From positions 13,097 through 77,096 of the forward strand of contig JACPZK010000011.1 in assembly GCA_016195565.1 (NCBI GenBank): a stretch of 64,000 nucleotides of DNA, given 5' to 3'. The notes beneath the pieces are model-generated. The model had not been told where the DNA came from. It saw nothing but the letters and a program-made list of their open reading frames with translations, and did not search any database. Source of the stretch: Nitrospirota bacterium. GTDB taxonomy: Bacteria; Nitrospirota; Thermodesulfovibrionia; Thermodesulfovibrionales; UBA1546. A program made the position numbers and the translations under genes. Below, in pieces: positions 60,446 to 64,000 of this stretch (within the stretch, counting starts at the first letter, position 1; every line of letters begins with the position of its first letter).

Positions 60446-61524
60446 TGATAAAGGCTCCGGAACATATCAGTGCGCTCAGGCCCTACATCCCCGGCAAACC
60501 CATAGAAGAACTTGAAAGGGAACTTGGGATAAAAAACTCCATAAAGCTTGCCTCAAATGAAAACCCTATAGGCCCTTCTCCCGCGGCTGTCAGGGCCATA
60601 ACAGCAGGGTTTAAAAAAACACTGAACAGATACCCTGATGGAAACGGGTATTATCTCAAAAATACACTGGCAGAAAAACTCTCTGTTAAACCTGAAGAGA
60701 TTATAATCGGAAACGGCTCAAATGAACTTCTTGACATAGCGGTAAGGACCTTCTTAGCTCCGGGTGATGAGGCTGTTATGGCACACCCTTCTTTTGTTGT
60801 TTACTCTATGGCCGTTCAGGCAGCAGGCGGAAAGGCAATTCACGTGCCGCTCAGGGATTACAAGCATGACCTGGACGCAATGTTGAGCGCTGTAACGCCA
60901 AAGACAAAGATGTTGTTTATAGCAAATCCGAATAATCCGACAGGCACAATGAATACAAAGGAAGAATTTGACAGGTTGATGAGCAAAATCAGGGACGGCA
61001 TACTTGTAGTTGTTGATGAGGCATACTATGAATATGTTACAGATACCGGATACGCCGACAGCTTTAAATACTTCAGGGACAGCAGGGATATATTAATTCT
61101 TAGGACCTTCTCCAAGATTTACGGACTTGCGGGACTCAGGATCGGCTATGGCATTGCACCTCAGGAAATAATTACTGAAATGAACAAGGTGCGCGCGCCG
61201 TTCAACACAAACTCTATTGCGCAGAAAGCCGCAATAGAGGCCTTAAAGGACAAAGGCCATATCAAAAAATCAAAAGGAATAAACGACAAAGGCAAAAAAT
61301 ATCTCTACAAAGAACTTTCTTCACTCGGAATAAGGCCTGTGCCCACAGAGGCAAATTTCATCTACATGCCTGTTGCCGATTCAATGAATATTTATAAAAA
61401 ACTTCTTCATGCCGGAGTTATTGTCAGGCCCATGGGGCCTGATGCAATACGGGTGACCATTGGTCTGCCTGAGGAAAATAAAAGATTTATAAACGCATTA
61501 AAGAAGTTAAAAGTTGAGAGTTAA
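60445..61524 (+). CDS. hisC: histidinol-phosphate/aromatic aminotransferase
   Basis: class II aminotransferase; RTFSKIYGLAGLRIGY PLP-Lys motif. Confidence 0.85.
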   Translation: MIKAPEHISALRPYIPGKPIEELERELGIKNSIKLASNENPIGPSPAAVRAITAGFKKTLNRYPDGNGYYLKNTLAEKLSVKPEEIIIGNGSNELLDIAVRTFLAPGDEAVMAHPSFVVYSMAVQAAGGKAIHVPLRDYKHDLDAMLSAVTPKTKMLFIANPNNPTGTMNTKEEFDRLMSKIRDGILVVVDEAYYEYVTDTGYADSFKYFRDSRDILILRTFSKIYGLAGLRIGYGIAPQEIITEMNKVRAPFNTNSIAQKAAIEALKDKGHIKKSKGINDKGKKYLYKELSSLGIRPVPTEANFIYMPVADSMNIYKKLLHAGVIVRPMGPDAIRVTIGLPEENKRFINALKKLKVES

Positions 61525-61576
61525 GAGTGAGCAGCTTTGTAATTTTTAACTTTAAACTTTTAACTCTTCACTTAAT
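61505..61576. repeat. paired heptamer array: 5 x AGTNNNN, spacer, 4 x ACTNNNN
   Basis: the first units encode the hisC C-terminus (KLKVES) and TAA 61522-61524. Confidence 0.9.
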
Positions 61577-61589
61577 GCTGGAGGAATAA

Positions 61590-62615
61590 ATGGACATAAT
61601 AGTTTTAAACCGGAAGGCTACTGAAAAAAACATCGACCACCTGCTCAAAAAACTTGAAGGCAAAGGGCTGAAGGCAACTATCTCACGAGGCACCGAAAAA
61701 ACAGTTATAGGCGTCATAGGCGATACATCACGGATAACAGAGGAAGAAGAGAATGCTGTTCGGGTTATGAAAGGTGTTGAGGATGTGGTGAGAATCCTCA
61801 AGCCGTATAAACTTGCAAGCAGGGATTTCAAGGCCCAGAACACGATAATAAAAGTCAAAGGGAAAGTTATCGGAGGCAAAAAAATACCTGTTATTGCAGG
61901 GCCGTGTGCTGTTGAAAACAGAACTATAATGATAAACATAGCCGAGAAGGTTAAAGCAGCAGGGGCGTCGTTTATAAGAGGAGGCGCTTATAAACCAAGG
62001 ACCTCGCCTTATTCATTTCAGGGCCTTGGAGAGGAAGGGCTTCAGTACCTTGCCGAGGCGAGCAGGAAAACAGGGCTCCCCGTTGTCACAGAGATAATGG
62101 ATCCGAGAGATCTGGATACAATACTTCAATATACAGACATAATTCAGATAGGGGCAAGGAATATGCAGAATTTCAGGCTGCTCCTTGAGGTCGGGATGTG
62201 CAATAAACCGGTTCTTCTCAAGAGAGGGCTTTCAGCCACAATCCAGGAATGGCTTATGGCAGCAGAGTATGTAATGTCAAAAGGCAATCAGGAGGTTATC
62301 CTCTGCGAAAGAGGCATAAGGACCTTTGAGACAGCAACAAGGAACACCCTTGACCTCAGCGCTGTGCCTGTGCTGAAACAAAAAACGCATCTGCCTGTTG
62401 TAGTGGACCCGAGCCACGGCGTCGGCAAATGGGATCTGGTTGCTCCTATGGCAAAGGCTGCTGTTGCAGTCGGCGCAGACGGCCTTCTCATAGAAGTGCA
62501 TACGAACCCTGAAAATGCAATGTCAGACGGAGAGCAGTCCTTAAAACCCGATGCATTCAAAAAATTGATGTCTGAATTAAAACTGATAGCAAGGGCTGTT
62601 GGACGAGAGATATAG
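61590..62615 (+). CDS. 3-deoxy-7-phosphoheptulonate (DAHP) synthase, type I-beta with N-terminal regulatory domain
   Basis: [23 protein letters not shown] motifs. Confidence 0.9.
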   Translation: MDIIVLNRKATEKNIDHLLKKLEGKGLKATISRGTEKTVIGVIGDTSRITEEEENAVRVMKGVEDVVRILKPYKLASRDFKAQNTIIKVKGKVIGGKKIPVIAGPCAVENRTIMINIAEKVKAAGASFIRGGAYKPRTSPYSFQGLGEEGLQYLAEASRKTGLPVVTEIMDPRDLDTILQYTDIIQIGARNMQNFRLLLEVGMCNKPVLLKRGLSATIQEWLMAAEYVMSKGNQEVILCERGIRTFETATRNTLDLSAVPVLKQKTHLPVVVDPSHGVGKWDLVAPMAKAAVAVGADGLLIEVHTNPENAMSDGEQSLKPDAFKKLMSELKLIARAVGREI

Positions 62616-62619
62616 AACA

Positions 62620-62654
62620 AATTGAAAGTTGAAAGTTTAAAATTAAAAGTTAAT
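62620..62654. repeat. single-arm heptamer array, 5 x A(G/A)TTNAA
   Basis: aattgaa agttgaa agtttaa aattaaa agttaat; the last unit contains the tyrA ATG. Confidence 0.8.
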
Positions 62655-63510
62655 GAAGGATATAAAGTTCAATAAAGTCACTATTATCGGCGTGGGCTTA
62701 ATCGGCGCATCATTTGCCCTTGCCATGAAGAAAAGAGGGCTATGCAGTCACATCACAGGCTGCGGCAGAAGAGAAAACAACCTCAAGATAGCAATGGAGA
62801 TGAAAATAATTGATTCTTTTGAGGTTGACGCATCAAAGGCATGCGCTGACTCTGACCTCGTTTTATTCGCTATTCCTGTGGGCTGTTTTACAGAGACGGC
62901 AAAAAGAATAAACGGCTCATTTAAAAAAGGCGCAATTGTAACAGATGTCGGAAGCGTCAAAGGAAAACTTGTCAGGTATATGGAAGCCCTGATGCCTGAA
63001 GGTGTAAGTTTCGTAGGCGGGCATCCGATAGCAGGAAGCGACAGGACCGGGATAGCCACAGCAACAGCGGATTTATTTTCAGGCGCAAGGTGCATATTAA
63101 CACCAACGGAAAAAACGGATAAGGCTGCTCTGAAAAAAATCACCGCATTATGGGAGTCGCTCGGCGCAGCAGTTTCTGCTATGGATGCAGAGGAGCATGA
63201 CAGGATATACGCTGCCGTAAGCCACCTCCCACATATTATTGCCTATGCAATCGTCAATACAGTAGCTGACATAAACAGCTCGTATCTCGGATATGCAGGC
63301 AACGGATTTAAAGACACAACCCGGATTGCGGCGAGCTCCCCTGAACTATGGCGCGATATATCCCTGATGAACAGAGAGAATATTCTTGAGTTCATAGAGC
63401 TTTTTAAAAAAAATCTCGACGGCCTCAGCGGTTACTTAAAGAAATCAGATTCTGAGGCTATTGAAAAGGAATTTAAAAAAGCCAGGGCGCTGAGGGAAGA
63501 TGTCAGATAG
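62653..63510 (+). CDS. tyrA: prephenate dehydrogenase
   Basis: [13 protein letters not shown] fold; HPIAGS; operon context. Confidence 0.85.
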   Translation: MKDIKFNKVTIIGVGLIGASFALAMKKRGLCSHITGCGRRENNLKIAMEMKIIDSFEVDASKACADSDLVLFAIPVGCFTETAKRINGSFKKGAIVTDVGSVKGKLVRYMEALMPEGVSFVGGHPIAGSDRTGIATATADLFSGARCILTPTEKTDKAALKKITALWESLGAAVSAMDAEEHDRIYAAVSHLPHIIAYAIVNTVADINSSYLGYAGNGFKDTTRIAASSPELWRDISLMNRENILEFIELFKKNLDGLSGYLKKSDSEAIEKEFKKARALREDVR

Positions 63511-64000
63511 GATTGAATTAAGAAGGGCAAAAAGATTAAAAGGCGAAATTATTCCTCCTCCTGATAAATCCATATCTCACAGGGCAGTCATCCTCTCCTC
63601 TTTGGCAAAAGGCAGAAGCATTGTCAGAAATTTCCTCAGGGCTGAAGATACAATGAGCACGGTTAATGCATTCAGAAAACTCGGAGTGAAGATAGATGAA
63701 GGCAGGGGTCAAGGGGTCAAGGGGTCAAGGGGTCAAGAGAAAGAAAATGACATGGTAATTCACGGCAACGGCATACATGGGTTAAAAGAACCTGAAGATG
63801 TAATCGACTGCGGCAATTCAGGCACGACAGCAAGGCTGATGTCAGGCATACTTGCAGGGAATCAGTTTTTTTCCGTGCTTACTGGAGATGATTCTTTAAG
63901 GCAAAGACCCATGGCAAGGGTTATAAATCCCCTTAAAGAGATGGGCGCAGAGATTTCCGGAAGAGACGGTGATAAATATCTTCCGATGGCAATAAAGGGA
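63500..64000 (+). CDS. aroA: 3-phosphoshikimate 1-carboxyvinyltransferase (EPSP synthase), 5' partial, runs off the window
   Basis: PPDKSISHRA, GNSGTTARL, LRQRPM motifs; not in the ORF track because it is open-ended. Confidence 0.9.
   Translation, partial: MSDRIELRRAKRLKGEIIPPPDKSISHRAVILSSLAKGRSIVRNFLRAEDTMSTVNAFRKLGVKIDEGRGQGVKGSRGQEKENDMVIHGNGIHGLKEPEDVIDCGNSGTTARLMSGILAGNQFFSVLTGDDSLRQRPMARVINPLKEMGAEISGRDGDKYLPMAIKG
63705..63736. repeat. octamer array in frame: 4 x GGGGTCAA
   Basis: perfect tandem copies encoding GQGVKGSRGQ within aroA. Confidence 0.9.

Noticed and set aside
1-64000. Prophage, IS element, integron or plasmid-derived region
   Set aside because: No integrase, transposase, recombinase, capsid, terminase or replication initiator genes were recognised on either strand. 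Accessory content is limited to TA pairs, one R-M gene and a GIY-YIG gene.

Overview
64-kb chromosomal window from a moderately AT-rich, anaerobe-type bacterium. My unverified guess is a Nitrospirota/Thermodesulfovibrionia-like or Desulfobacterota-like MAG. It holds about 70 genes, mostly core. These are: an NrfCD-type multihaem redox module, an acyl-CoA synthetase, purM, an M23 peptidase plus bactofilin, cutA, a minor-pilin operon, pilMNOPQ, tRNA-Ala(CGC), argG-dprA-topA, mobB-like/ccsA-like/hemA, fic, dgt, pfk, fba, an exeA-like ATPase, yjbQ, an lplA-like ligase, fdhD, NtrBC-like and CusRS-like two-component pairs, a Cu/Ag efflux island (OMF-cusB-cusA with YHS, YtkA-like and PII-like genes) and a pheA-hisC-DAHPS-tyrA-aroA operon. 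Accessory content is small: a GIY-YIG gene, an MNT/HepT TA cassette, and a defence islet (single-chain Type IIG R-M enzyme, Avd-like four-helix-bundle gene, UPF0175/PIN TA). I found no rRNA, CRISPR, integrase or transposase. The most unusual observations follow. (1) A pervasive family of paired tandem heptamer/octamer arrays, (AGTNNNN)n-spacer-(ACTNNNN)n, often exactly 5 units. They sit on gene borders, are translated as prepilin leaders and signal-peptide extensions, supply stop codons, and are inserted in frame in housekeeping enzymes. I do not know of a description of this architecture. (2) A PCYCGC-motif gene in the copper island with an in-frame UGA at a Cys position and a downstream hairpin, a likely selenoprotein. 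(3) Two REP-like palindromic repeat families, one showing clear compensatory covariation. (4) An MNT/HepT cassette bounded by a 47-bp duplication of the host gene 3' end. (5) A zinc-ribbon-less topA followed by what looks like a decayed topA zinc-ribbon stub, and a mobB-like gene with ATA where its start codon should be. All calls come from reading the sequence and ORF translations. No searches were run.
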